A DNA stretch of 64,000 nt. Source: Candidatus Bathyarchaeota archaeon (GTDB taxonomy: Archaea > Thermoproteota > Bathyarchaeia > Bathyarchaeales > Bathycorpusculaceae). The translations under genes were made by a program, and so were the position numbers. Location: the NCBI GenBank assembly GCA_963832745.1, contig CAWHVC010000001.1, forward strand, positions 576,001-640,000, read 5' to 3'. The notes below the pieces were generated by a model, which saw only the letters and a program-made list of their open reading frames with translations, was not told where the DNA came from and searched no databases. Shown here in pieces: positions 1 through 10,140 of this stretch. The stretch's first letter is position 1. Each line of letters starts with the position of its first letter.

Positions 1-135
1 AAGAATAACTTAGCAGAAACTTAAATTTTTTCAAATATAAATTCCAATCGAGATATTATTATCATAAAATAAGAAGTGACAGCATTCAGCATTAGAAAAA
101 ATATTTTAAAAATACTGGAGTAAATTATTTCCAGC

Positions 136-1374
136 TTACTTATCTTTTCTTAAAAGTAGTTTCCAAACCTTTTCAGGAGTTCGATTAAAAAGAGCTTTTC
201 GGCATAGTTGTATGTATCTCTTCCGTTTAATTTTGTCCGGAACTTTTGGCTCGATTTTTTCAGCCGTCGTTCCATAACGAAGAGAAAACTCGTATACTTC
301 AACATAGTCAAATGCAACAACATCTAAAAGGCGCATGCTTTCCATAAAATCTTCTTCAGTTTCGCCAGGAAAACCAGCAATCAGTTGAGTACGCAAAATT
401 ATACTTGGATTAGCTTTTTTAATCATTTTAGCACAATAAATGAACTCTTCAATTGTATAATTTCGGTTCATAAGCTTTAAAACATGATTACTGCCCGATT
501 CCGCAGCCATTTCAATATAACGTATCTTACCTGTTTTTAAAATTGGAATCAACTCATCCAACATTCTGCTTATATGATATGGATTGAGATTCCTTAAGCT
601 AATTTTAAAATCACCAGTTTCTTTGGCAAGCAAAGAAAGTAAATCAACAAGATTATATCCTAAATCTATACCATAAGCAGCAACATCAGTCCCCATAAGA
701 CTGAAATTGTTATACCCATTTTTTCTGCCTGTCTTAAATTCAGATAGAATAAGGTCAAGAGGTTTACTTTTAACCAAGCCCCTGGATTTTCTTATGGCAC
801 AATAAGCGCAATTACTCCTACACCCAGTTGCTATACCAATATAAAAAACGGATTTGCCTTTTACCAAATTAAATCTTGATTCTAGAAAGTTTAGCCAGCT
901 TAACACTGTTTTTTCGAAAAATAAATTATGTAGCAAAAGTTCGTACCTGAAAACCCTTTTTTGGTCTTTTGCAGTTGGCAAGCAACATTTGCCCAAGTAA
1001 TTTGCACATTCTTTTTCAAATAGGTCACCAGTTTTAAGAATCAGATGAATCGACTCTAGATTAGGTCCTGCTAAAACCAAGCTTTTGTAATCCAAAACAG
1101 CCGGTTCTATTTTTGGCAAACAGCCCCAGACTATTAAATTTTGGTCAACCCGTTTTTCTTCGGTAAGCTTGGTAATAATTTTAATCGAGTGACTTGTGGT
1201 TCCTTGACTTCTACCACAAGCATTAAACAGTATTAATTCAGCATTATGCCAACCATCTGTTATTGTATAACCATTTTTGAGCAAGTATGATTCTGCTCTC
1301 GCAACATCTAGGCGGTTCTCTGGGCAGCCATTACAGAAAACGTAAGCCAGTTTTTTTCTATTCTCGTTATTCAA
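136..1374 (-). CDS. MiaB/RimO-family (methylthiotransferase-like) radical SAM protein without TRAM domain
   Basis: N-terminal UPF0004-type Cys pattern (GCPEN...NAC...WGC), radical SAM motif GCRSNCAYC, ESGS and AGFPGETEEDF motifs; ORF ends about 20 aa after KRKRYIQL with no TRAM domain. Confidence 0.85.
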   Translation of the reverse strand: MNNENRKKLAYVFCNGCPENRLDVARAESYLLKNGYTITDGWHNAELILFNACGRSQGTTSHSIKIITKLTEEKRVDQNLIVWGCLPKIEPAVLDYKSLVLAGPNLESIHLILKTGDLFEKECANYLGKCCLPTAKDQKRVFRYELLLHNLFFEKTVLSWLNFLESRFNLVKGKSVFYIGIATGCRSNCAYCAIRKSRGLVKSKPLDLILSEFKTGRKNGYNNFSLMGTDVAAYGIDLGYNLVDLLSLLAKETGDFKISLRNLNPYHISRMLDELIPILKTGKIRYIEMAAESGSNHVLKLMNRNYTIEEFIYCAKMIKKANPSIILRTQLIAGFPGETEEDFMESMRLLDVVAFDYVEVYEFSLRYGTTAEKIEPKVPDKIKRKRYIQLCRKALFNRTPEKVWKLLLRKDK

Positions 1375-1499
1375 TATAACACCATAGCCTGGTTACTGAT
1401 GAAATGCTTCTGAAAAATAAAAACTTTTATAATCAAAAATAAGCATATTTAAAACAAGTTACACGAATAAAACAGTCCAATTAAACAATGTACTACATT

Positions 1500-2165
1500 T
1501 CATGAATTGAAATATGCAATATTCTTTCTATATTTTTTCACGAAAATAGATTTTCTTGAACGATATTCACGCCAAATCGCTGCCGATGCGAAAAAAATTG
1601 TAACACCAAGAAGACTTAGGGCAATGGGCAAAAGTTTTATGCCTAAAGGAGTATAATAAAGCAATAAACCAAGTATAGAGGTTACGGCTATGCTCAATCC
1701 TAAACTCAATGCCACTCTTTCAATAATGTCCAAAGTAAGTGATTGCGTCTTTAATGGAACGTTGATAGGATACAAAAACTTAATTATTGCATAACCAGGC
1801 AAATAAGTAACGAAAGCAAGACCCAAAATATTACGCAAATAAACAACAAGTGTTGAACTTTCAGGACTTAGCATAATGATAAATATTAAAGAAACAGACA
1901 TCAGTACAAATAACCAATACCAAAGTGCCTTAGTCGAAAAAAGGAAACCATGACCTGATTCAGGAAAAACAGAATCATGAAATTCAAGCACCTTTTCATC
2001 CTCGAGCACCTGAAGTATATGCATAATTTGCTCCTCAGGCATGTTTAACTCTTTTTTTATTAAATTAACTAAAATTTCTGTTTTTTCAACATCTCTTTTC
2101 CTGATCGCTGAAATTATTATTTTTTTGACCTGATTGATTTCAGTTTCAGTTAAATTTTCAGTCAA
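1500..2165 (-). CDS. DUF1616-family membrane protein (N-terminal TM half) with a small soluble N-terminal domain
   Basis: LPGYAIIKFLYP...ERVALSLGLSIAV...LLLYYTPLGI pattern typical of the DUF1616 membrane region. Confidence 0.7.
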   Translation of the reverse strand: MTENLTETEINQVKKIIISAIRKRDVEKTEILVNLIKKELNMPEEQIMHILQVLEDEKVLEFHDSVFPESGHGFLFSTKALWYWLFVLMSVSLIFIIMLSPESSTLVVYLRNILGLAFVTYLPGYAIIKFLYPINVPLKTQSLTLDIIERVALSLGLSIAVTSILGLLLYYTPLGIKLLPIALSLLGVTIFFASAAIWREYRSRKSIFVKKYRKNIAYFNS

Positions 2166-2259
2166 ATATATATGCCTAAAATCACCTAAGACTTAATCAG
2201 ATTTAAGTTATTTCGTTTTACTGAACTATTTATATTATTAAAAAACGAGTATTTGTAAT

Positions 2260-3552
2260 TTAGGCTTCTTTCATGCAATACTCAATAGCTTCCTTAAACC
2301 CTTCAAACTGTTTATCAAAATCGTTAAATTCGTCAAAAACTTGTCTTGAACTAATCCCCATTTTTAATTGCAATTCTTTATCAGAAAGTAACTTTCTGAT
2401 AGCCAAATATAACGACTTCACATCACCATTTCTTACAACTAAACCATTAACACCATCCTTGACTAAATCAGCTACCGCACCAACAGCATCAGTAGCAATA
2501 ATGGGTTTACTCATACTCATAGCCTCATTGATAACTAGGCCCCAACCTTCAACAATAGGCCTAACCGCAAAAACCCTTTGTAGGTATGACGATGAATATC
2601 TTGCACATGAAGGAAGCACAAATATATCAGAAGTCTTAAAACAGGAAGCAATTTGGTCAGCCGTATTAATAGAACCAAGAAAATATACCCTCTGAAGACC
2701 CAAATTTTTAACTAATAGTTCATAGCTCTTTCTAAGGTCACCATCACCAACTATCAGCAAGATACAATCCGTTCTTTCTTGTTCTATCAGTGAAAATGCC
2801 TTAATTAAGACATCAACACCCTTAGAATCCACAAGTCGCCCCAAATATAATATTACTTGAGAATTAACATTTTTCAGATCTTTTAGGATTACACCATTCT
2901 TCTCCTTGTAGTCAATACTGCAGTGATTAGAGAAAAAAATATTTTCACGAGGCACCTCTAAAAGTTTCAAATAATTTAGTTGAGCAGTCCCTTCAACAAC
3001 AAGGGCACTAAAATTTCTCATGACAAATTTTGAAAGACCAACAACAACTAAAATTTTGAGACCGTGTAAAAAAGATTTAGCATCTGGTAAATACCAATCT
3101 TCAATCCACAGAATGCATTTGTGTTTGGTAAACCTTGAAACAATAAACGATATAAATGTAGGAGTCCCGAAACCTTCGGTTATTACAGCGCGATTTTCAT
3201 TTTTGAACAGATAGATCAGTAAATCCATAATTTCATAAAAACGACTTAGTAAGATATTTTTTTTGCAATATTCTTTTCTACGGGGAACAAGGTTTAGATC
3301 AATTTGTTCATCACCTTTAAGAAAATCAGAAGGCGATTCTTGAAAATAAAAGCTCATGTTAAAATAATCTTGCATCTTCGCGTAAAATGTTGATCTATAT
3401 TTAGCGTAGCTAGGATGAATAAGAACAACTTTCAATTTATTGCCACATTGGGTTCTTTCCTTTTTAGAGTTTACCAAATCTAAATGCTCCTGCAGGAATT
3501 TTAATATAAAATAGTTATGAATTTTTACCTCTTCAACTTGCATACAAACCAA
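2260..3552 (-). CDS. GT4 glycosyltransferase (real start probably TTG at 3435)
   Basis: YLGRLVDSKG, EGWGLVINEAMSMSKPII and KDGVNG GT-B motifs. Confidence 0.9.
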   Translation of the reverse strand: MVCMQVEEVKIHNYFILKFLQEHLDLVNSKKERTQCGNKLKVVLIHPSYAKYRSTFYAKMQDYFNMSFYFQESPSDFLKGDEQIDLNLVPRRKEYCKKNILLSRFYEIMDLLIYLFKNENRAVITEGFGTPTFISFIVSRFTKHKCILWIEDWYLPDAKSFLHGLKILVVVGLSKFVMRNFSALVVEGTAQLNYLKLLEVPRENIFFSNHCSIDYKEKNGVILKDLKNVNSQVILYLGRLVDSKGVDVLIKAFSLIEQERTDCILLIVGDGDLRKSYELLVKNLGLQRVYFLGSINTADQIASCFKTSDIFVLPSCARYSSSYLQRVFAVRPIVEGWGLVINEAMSMSKPIIATDAVGAVADLVKDGVNGLVVRNGDVKSLYLAIRKLLSDKELQLKMGISSRQVFDEFNDFDKQFEGFKEAIEYCMKEA

Positions 3553-4520
3553 TTTTTAATGAATTTTACAAGTCCATAGTAGAAACCAAAAAGCCTTGCT
3601 AAAGTTAAAAGAATCACTAGCGGGTAATAGATAATCCGTTTGAGTTCCACTTTTGTACGAATAGCAGTGAAAGTGAAATGTGCCAACAGAACTACTGACA
3701 CTAAAATAAGAAAAATAAATGGAGAAATAATAAGAAGAAAAAAAAGCATCAGAAAAATAACGTTTGTGACATAAAACGAAGCAAAAAGTGATTCATATCT
3801 TGCTGATTTCAATGTACTCCAAGACATGAAAAAAGGCACCATATTAGAACTACCGATAAAAGCATGCTTTAACCCTTGCCTGTGATGCCATACATATACA
3901 GCAGGATCAAATTGTATTGTTAAATTTTTCTCTGCCAACCTTCGATGAAACGCCCAATCTTCACCAGACCTAACTTTTTCATCCAAATAGCCTATTTTTT
4001 CAAAGACAACCTTTCGGTAGAAAACATTACAGCCTGCAATCTTTCCTATGGCAGAACTACCGTAATATGATTTATTGAACCTAGATTCCAAAAATGAACC
4101 CTCGACGAAGCGTAATGGATTCCTTTCACACTCAGCTTTAGGTGTTATATGAGGTCCACCTAAACAATACAAATCAGGATTTTTTTGGAAAATCAAAAAA
4201 GCTTGCTCAAGCCATTCTGTAGGTGCCGCACTATCATCATCAATAAAAGCCACGATGTTACCTTTTGATTGTTTTACACCTAAATTTCTTGCTGCACCTA
4301 AAGTATGACCGTGTTCTTCAAAAATAAGAACTGAATATTGATCTACTAACCTCAATAATTTCTCAGAAAATATTGAGTAAACCAAAATTATCTCGAAATC
4401 AGTGAAACTTTGATTTTTTAGCGATTTTAAGCAATCTTCCAGCAAATTTAATTTATCGCCCTTTGTGGCCACTATTACACTAATAGCAATTTTTGGATTT
4501 TTCACAACAGTCATTTTCAA
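3525..4520 (-). CDS. GT2 glycosyltransferase with C-terminal TM helices
   Basis: SVIVAT, ARNLG, AFIDDD and GEDW motifs; hydrophobic C-terminus. Confidence 0.9.
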   Translation of the reverse strand: MKMTVVKNPKIAISVIVATKGDKLNLLEDCLKSLKNQSFTDFEIILVYSIFSEKLLRLVDQYSVLIFEEHGHTLGAARNLGVKQSKGNIVAFIDDDSAAPTEWLEQAFLIFQKNPDLYCLGGPHITPKAECERNPLRFVEGSFLESRFNKSYYGSSAIGKIAGCNVFYRKVVFEKIGYLDEKVRSGEDWAFHRRLAEKNLTIQFDPAVYVWHHRQGLKHAFIGSSNMVPFFMSWSTLKSARYESLFASFYVTNVIFLMLFFLLIISPFIFLILVSVVLLAHFTFTAIRTKVELKRIIYYPLVILLTLARLFGFYYGLVKFIKNWFVCKLKR

Positions 4521-4542
4521 TCACTTTTTATTTATTGAGTTA

Positions 4543-6090
4543 CTATGGATTTTTAAAAATAATTCTGGAATAACCATTATCATACAATAAACTCGTTGAA
4601 TTACCTGTGTTTATGTAATTGGAGTAATTAAAAGAATAACCGAGACCAGTCGTATAAAAAATAATATCATAATCAGTTATTTTTCCAGGGTCAGCATCAA
4701 AAAATCCTTTGCCTAAAAACCAAGTTTGGAGATAATCTTTAACTCTAAATTCTGCGAGAACTGAAATGTTTTTTACTAAAGTTGAATTATTACCAATATT
4801 TATGAAAAAATTTTCTGCAGAATATGTCTCTTTGGTTTGATAATAAATATTTTGACCATAGGACATGTGTATAGGAATGAAGACAAATAATAATAGAATT
4901 ATAAGTAATAAAGCCTGAAAATGTTTCTTAAATCTACTTTCTAAGAAAAAGAAAGCACTTAAAGAGAGAGACAAAAGTACTAAAGAAACAGCACGGATTC
5001 CTAACAGGTAAATAAAAGAGCCCAAGATTGAATAAAATACGCCTATTATGAAGACCGCTTTATCAGCAACTCTTAGCTTACGCCTCATAATAAGCATAAT
5101 AAAACCAATGAGACAAACAGCAACAGACAATATTGTAATTAAGCGCGAAATATTTTGAGCAAAAGTATCAATAGCAATTGACGTGGAGTTTATTGTACTT
5201 TCAAGATAAAAACTATAATCTGAACGATTAGTTAGCAAATATAGCAAGTTTGAGCCAAATTGAGAAGGCAGTTTTAAAAATTGTGTAAATAAATAAATTA
5301 TTGCGGTTGCCATAAACAGATACATGTTTCTCGCTTTTTTGCTAAGAATAAAAACACCAAACTGATACAGTATATAAAAAATGGCTACAAACGCATGAGT
5401 ATAAACTACACCAATGAAAAGTACTATCAGAAGCATTGTTTCAGTTAAGCTATGTTTTTCTCTTGTTTCAATCGTCAGAAGTAAAAGCACAAGAACAAAT
5501 GCGAGGGAGAATGGAACAGCTTGATAATTAAAGAAGTAAAAATCAACTATTATAAAAAGAAGCGTAGCATAAAAAGCATTTTCTTTATTTTTAGTTGCAA
5601 AAAAGATAAACACTGTGGTCGTAAGTAAGAATCCTATCATAGCATACAGAATGAAACCAAAGTATGTCAGGTTTAATTCGCTGAATAAAGTTGCAACAGC
5701 ACCAAATATGAAATATAGAGGCCAAGAATAATAGCTATGTAACCAAGAAGTCGAGGTCAAATCATTTGTTTTTATAAAATACTCACTTAACCCTCTAAAA
5801 TAAGGCGCATCTGAACCGGGAATCATGAAGTAAAAATATGATATTGAATAAATAAATAGAAAAATGCTTACAGCCATTAACCACTTTACAAAATAATTTT
5901 TTGATTGCATAGCTATCAAATAGGCCGAAACCAGTGCCATTGGCAAAGAAAACCAGTAAACAACAGACACATGATTAAAAATATAATCGTCAACACCATT
6001 GACAGATACTGGATAACTTATGTACCATGAATAGATCAGCAAGAAAATGCTAACAAAAAAAAATAGCCACAGAACATAACTTTTATTCAT
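4543..6090 (-). CDS. Polytopic membrane protein, GT-C/polysaccharide polymerase-like
   Basis: About 12 hydrophobic segments; GSDAPYF loop and YYSWP motif; position inside a glycosyltransferase cluster. Confidence 0.55.
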   Translation of the reverse strand: MNKSYVLWLFFFVSIFLLIYSWYISYPVSVNGVDDYIFNHVSVVYWFSLPMALVSAYLIAMQSKNYFVKWLMAVSIFLFIYSISYFYFMIPGSDAPYFRGLSEYFIKTNDLTSTSWLHSYYSWPLYFIFGAVATLFSELNLTYFGFILYAMIGFLLTTTVFIFFATKNKENAFYATLLFIIVDFYFFNYQAVPFSLAFVLVLLLLTIETREKHSLTETMLLIVLFIGVVYTHAFVAIFYILYQFGVFILSKKARNMYLFMATAIIYLFTQFLKLPSQFGSNLLYLLTNRSDYSFYLESTINSTSIAIDTFAQNISRLITILSVAVCLIGFIMLIMRRKLRVADKAVFIIGVFYSILGSFIYLLGIRAVSLVLLSLSLSAFFFLESRFKKHFQALLLIILLLFVFIPIHMSYGQNIYYQTKETYSAENFFINIGNNSTLVKNISVLAEFRVKDYLQTWFLGKGFFDADPGKITDYDIIFYTTGLGYSFNYSNYINTGNSTSLLYDNGYSRIIFKNP

Positions 6091-6282
6091 TTGCTGAACC
6101 TTTTTAGCGCTTATGAAAAGTTTAAAAGTTTATTAAAGATACACTTGCGTGTAGTAAGATCGACCTTAATTGTTCCACTCTGTATTTGTGTTGAACAAAT
6201 AAACTATCAAGTTTATTAATACACAATATATAAAGGAAAGCTGACTAAAAGGTAAAACTAAAGCAAGCCAGGATCTGAAAAA

Positions 6283-7485
6283 ATGCAAAGCACAAAAAGA
6301 TGCATAATATCGGTCATTCTAATAATCCTTATAGAAGCAAGTTTTGTTATGCCAGTCTTTTCTGCAAGCACCAGCAACCAAACACTTCGCACCACAGGCA
6401 TAATCATCTCGCCGATACTCAAAGTTAACGGTCAAATGATAGAAGATGCATTAGGAAATCAAGTAAAATTAAAAGGCATCCAAGTGGGCTGGAACGACCG
6501 CGTTAAAACACTTGGCACTACAGGCATGGCTGAATCTCCAGAAAATTCCTGGTTTACAACAGAAGATATTTCAAGAATTAAAGCCGCAGGGGGTAATGTA
6601 ATCGAACTCCATGAAAATGGGTTGGTTGACCTTATGCCTTCAAAAAATAGTCCAAACGAGGCGTATTTCTCCAATTGGCTCGATAAATGGGTTGCATGGT
6701 GTACACAAAACAAAGTTTACGCAATTATAGGAGTAAGAGGAATACATGCTGAAGAAGATTGGGCAATCCAACTAAGTTTGCCAAATTGGCTATGGCAAGG
6801 TATGTACGATAAACCTACGACCAAGGCGCAATACGATGCAATAATTAGAGATTTCTTTGATACCAGTGTTACAAAACAGGATTCAAACAGACAAGCTTTC
6901 ATAGATCTCTGGACATACATCGCAAACAGATACAAAGATAACCCGTATGTCATGTATGGCATTATCAACGAACCATTTAACTTTGTTGATGTACCTGCCG
7001 ATAATCAGGTTCATCTAAGCCAAACATATAGCACTCTTATGGAAAAAGTAGTTGATGGCATAAGAAGTACAGGAACTCAACAAATAGTTTTTATCGATGA
7101 CCCATTTTTGGGAGGAAACACACAACCAGTAAACAAAGAAAACATAGTGTGGGAAGTGCATGAATATATCGGTCCTTGGTGCCCAACATTAAATCAATGG
7201 AAAAGTTCAATTGATCAAGTCGTGCAGAAATTTGTTATTGGATTTGGCAAGCCTTTGTTCGTAGGAGAATATGGATTTGACCCAATATCTGAAGTGGAAA
7301 CAACTTATGCAAGTAACTGGCAATCACTTTTAAACAGTCAAGTTTCCTACATGGACAGCAAACAAATCAGCGGGAGACAATGGCACGCATGGGACTACAT
7401 CGAAGGAGAATATGCAGACTATACCCAAGACTCTACGTTTGATTTGCAGGAATCAAATTGGATAGTTCAAACGGTACTAGGATAA
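6283..7485 (+). CDS. Secreted glycoside hydrolase family 5 (cellulase-like)
   Basis: Signal peptide; LKVNG...DALGNQVKLKG; acid/base NEP; EVHEY; nucleophile VGEYG. Confidence 0.85.
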   Translation: MQSTKRCIISVILIILIEASFVMPVFSASTSNQTLRTTGIIISPILKVNGQMIEDALGNQVKLKGIQVGWNDRVKTLGTTGMAESPENSWFTTEDISRIKAAGGNVIELHENGLVDLMPSKNSPNEAYFSNWLDKWVAWCTQNKVYAIIGVRGIHAEEDWAIQLSLPNWLWQGMYDKPTTKAQYDAIIRDFFDTSVTKQDSNRQAFIDLWTYIANRYKDNPYVMYGIINEPFNFVDVPADNQVHLSQTYSTLMEKVVDGIRSTGTQQIVFIDDPFLGGNTQPVNKENIVWEVHEYIGPWCPTLNQWKSSIDQVVQKFVIGFGKPLFVGEYGFDPISEVETTYASNWQSLLNSQVSYMDSKQISGRQWHAWDYIEGEYADYTQDSTFDLQESNWIVQTVLG

Positions 7486-7487
7486 AT

Positions 7488-8681
7488 TCAAGTTCGATTT
7501 AAATATCTTAAATATTGGCGAATATAAACTTCAGGAGAAAAATTTTCTAAATATATTCGCTTCACAGTTTCTTTAGGATAATCGTTCTTAGAATAATTAT
7601 GAAACAAATCACGCAATTCATCAATATTTCGAAAAATTAAACGTTTATCTAATTTCCCAACTATTTCAGGTAATCCACCATAATCGGAAGAAATAACAGG
7701 GGTTCCAACTGAAAGTGCTTCAAGAACTATCAAGGGACTATTCTCAGCCCACATAGAAGGAACTATCAAAGCATTAGCTATTGAAAGTAATCGATATAGA
7801 ATATCAGAAGTAACCCAACCCAAAAGTACAACTTTTTTCTCAAGATGATTAGTTTTAACTATTTGACTTAGTTTTTCTTTTAAGCTTCCTTGCCCAATTA
7901 TTAATAGTTTAATATTAACATCCTTTTGTTTAACTAAATTAACAAGTTTAAGTAGCCCTTTATGCTCCTCTAGGACACCAGCATATAGATAAAAGTCTGA
8001 ATACTCAGCAACCACATCACTGATTGGCGGTTTTGAAGCAAAGTTAGGAATAACAACGTGATTAGAAAATGGCATTTTTTTATTAATTTGATCTCGTGTA
8101 TAAATACTGGGAGAAATTACTAAGTCAACATCTGTATTAACTACCTTTTGGAACGCCCCGCCGAGACGCCACAACTGAGGAGGACGCTTATCCCGAAGTT
8201 GGCAAAAAAAACAGGATCCCCCCAAACAAATTTTTGATTGAAAATTCAACAAACTACTTTTTGGACAAATTAACCAGTAATCGTGAGCGGTGTAAGCATT
8301 AAAGTAATCACCTTGTTTTTTTAATATTTTATAACCTAAAAGAGAAATATTATGATGATGAACAACATCCGGATTTACCTTTTTTATTAAATCGGCGAGT
8401 TTTAGATTTATGGTCTTAGATGATCCCGTAATATAAGAAAGATACGCACTTGAATTAAATTTAGTTTGGATCTCATAAGTATTTACAAGATCTTTTGTAT
8501 GAGTTTTTTTGTAACCGTATTTTTTTGTTTTTATTTCGTAAGCATCTAAGCTAGATAAAACATGAACATCATGACCAATCTTGGCTAATGCATCAGCCAA
8601 GTACTTAACATGAACAGCATCACCGCCTATGTGATAAGGAGGATAAAATGAGGCGGTGAAAAGAAATCTTAAAGTTTCCAT
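7488..8681 (-). CDS. GT4 glycosyltransferase
   Basis: YPPYHIGG, TAHDYWLICP, ENSPLIVLEALSVGTPVI. Confidence 0.9.
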   Translation of the reverse strand: METLRFLFTASFYPPYHIGGDAVHVKYLADALAKIGHDVHVLSSLDAYEIKTKKYGYKKTHTKDLVNTYEIQTKFNSSAYLSYITGSSKTINLKLADLIKKVNPDVVHHHNISLLGYKILKKQGDYFNAYTAHDYWLICPKSSLLNFQSKICLGGSCFFCQLRDKRPPQLWRLGGAFQKVVNTDVDLVISPSIYTRDQINKKMPFSNHVVIPNFASKPPISDVVAEYSDFYLYAGVLEEHKGLLKLVNLVKQKDVNIKLLIIGQGSLKEKLSQIVKTNHLEKKVVLLGWVTSDILYRLLSIANALIVPSMWAENSPLIVLEALSVGTPVISSDYGGLPEIVGKLDKRLIFRNIDELRDLFHNYSKNDYPKETVKRIYLENFSPEVYIRQYLRYLNRT

Positions 8682-8703
8682 TTTTTATTCTCTTTTTAGA
8701 ATT

Positions 8704-10140
8704 TTAATGTGCATGAACCATTCCATAAACCAAGTAATTTCTTAAAATTTTGAGAACATATTGTTTTGCCAAAGAAAAATCAGACGGATTTCTAGCTATA
8801 TACCAAACGTTTTGCAACCACCATTTAGGATTGAAATAAAGCGAACGATAAGCAAGCCTTCTAGCTTTATTTAAGTCATTGTAGTCTAATTCGGCAGTTC
8901 GCATAATTGATTCATGCTGGAACATATTCCAACCTATGCCTTCCTTGACCCAATTGTTCTCGATTGCTATTTTGTATAATTCAGTACCGGGATAAGGAAC
9001 CGCCACATTAATTTGTGCACCAGTTGGCAATGTCCTTTTTATGAAACCTATTGTTTCTTTTACTGTCGCCCAGTTTTCACCTGGCAACCCAAACATAAAA
9101 CTACAAAGCACCTTTATCCCCGCTTCTTTAGCCCATTTAATTGCATGTTCTGCTTGCCTGACTGTTACACCTTTTTGAGCATTATTAAGAATAAGTTGGC
9201 TACCTGATTCGATACCAAAAGAAATACCTCTACAACCACCATCGTAAAGAATACGCAGAAGCTCAGGGTCTACGAGGTTAACTCGTGTATTACAGTACCA
9301 AACAATACCCAAGTTCTCAGTCTTTATACTCTTCGAAATTAATATCGCTCTTTCTCGGTCAATTGTAAAAGTTTCATCGAAGAAGGAGACAACCTTCACG
9401 TTATGGACACTCTTCAGATAACGAAGCTCCTTCAGAATACTTTCAGCTGATCGCTTTTTTAGCGTTGTTCTTCTTTCAGTACAGTAAATGCAAGAATAAG
9501 GACAACCTTTACTTGAGTAAAGAATTGTGAAAGCGCCACCCTGTGGGATATTTACGAAGTATCCCTCTAAGTTTGGAAGCAAATCATAAGCGGGTAAAGG
9601 AAGAAAGTCCCAATTCAATTCCGGCACCGCTAATTCAGTAATTTTTGCAGCATCATTTTCACGATAAGCGATACCTGGAACAGTTGATAGAGACTCACCT
9701 TTAAAAAAGGCAGATATAACCAGAGGAACAACAACTTCACTTTCATGCAGAATATAGATATCCATGTCAGGAGCGGATTCTAACACTTTTAATGGAAGAG
9801 TTCTAAGTGTCCAACAGATTCCAATGGTTACCGCTCTCGGCAGTAATTTTTTTGAAATTTTGGCGGTTTTCATGTCCCATTCGAAAGTTGTAGGAGTAAA
9901 CCTAAAAACCAAAAAATCGAAGCTTAAACTAGATAATTTAGTTGTCAATTGAGACCAACTTAAATTTAGGAGATTAGCATCGATTAGTTGAACTTCATGC
10001 CCTGCTGCTTTTAATTGAGCAGCAACCTGTAGTAAACTATAAGGGGGGATAACTGCATCACGGTCTGTAATTTCGCATCGTTCTTCCCGTATAACAGGCA
10101 ATCCGTGGAATCTAGGGGGATTTATCAACAAAATGTTCAT
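8704..10140 (-). CDS. B12-binding domain radical SAM protein
   Basis: N-terminal LLINPP...PPYSL cobalamin-binding domain; SKGCPYSCIYC; FDETFT; GIESG; FMFGLPGE; PYPGT. Confidence 0.9.
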   Translation of the reverse strand: MNILLINPPRFHGLPVIREERCEITDRDAVIPPYSLLQVAAQLKAAGHEVQLIDANLLNLSWSQLTTKLSSLSFDFLVFRFTPTTFEWDMKTAKISKKLLPRAVTIGICWTLRTLPLKVLESAPDMDIYILHESEVVVPLVISAFFKGESLSTVPGIAYRENDAAKITELAVPELNWDFLPLPAYDLLPNLEGYFVNIPQGGAFTILYSSKGCPYSCIYCTERRTTLKKRSAESILKELRYLKSVHNVKVVSFFDETFTIDRERAILISKSIKTENLGIVWYCNTRVNLVDPELLRILYDGGCRGISFGIESGSQLILNNAQKGVTVRQAEHAIKWAKEAGIKVLCSFMFGLPGENWATVKETIGFIKRTLPTGAQINVAVPYPGTELYKIAIENNWVKEGIGWNMFQHESIMRTAELDYNDLNKARRLAYRSLYFNPKWWLQNVWYIARNPSDFSLAKQYVLKILRNYLVYGMVHAH

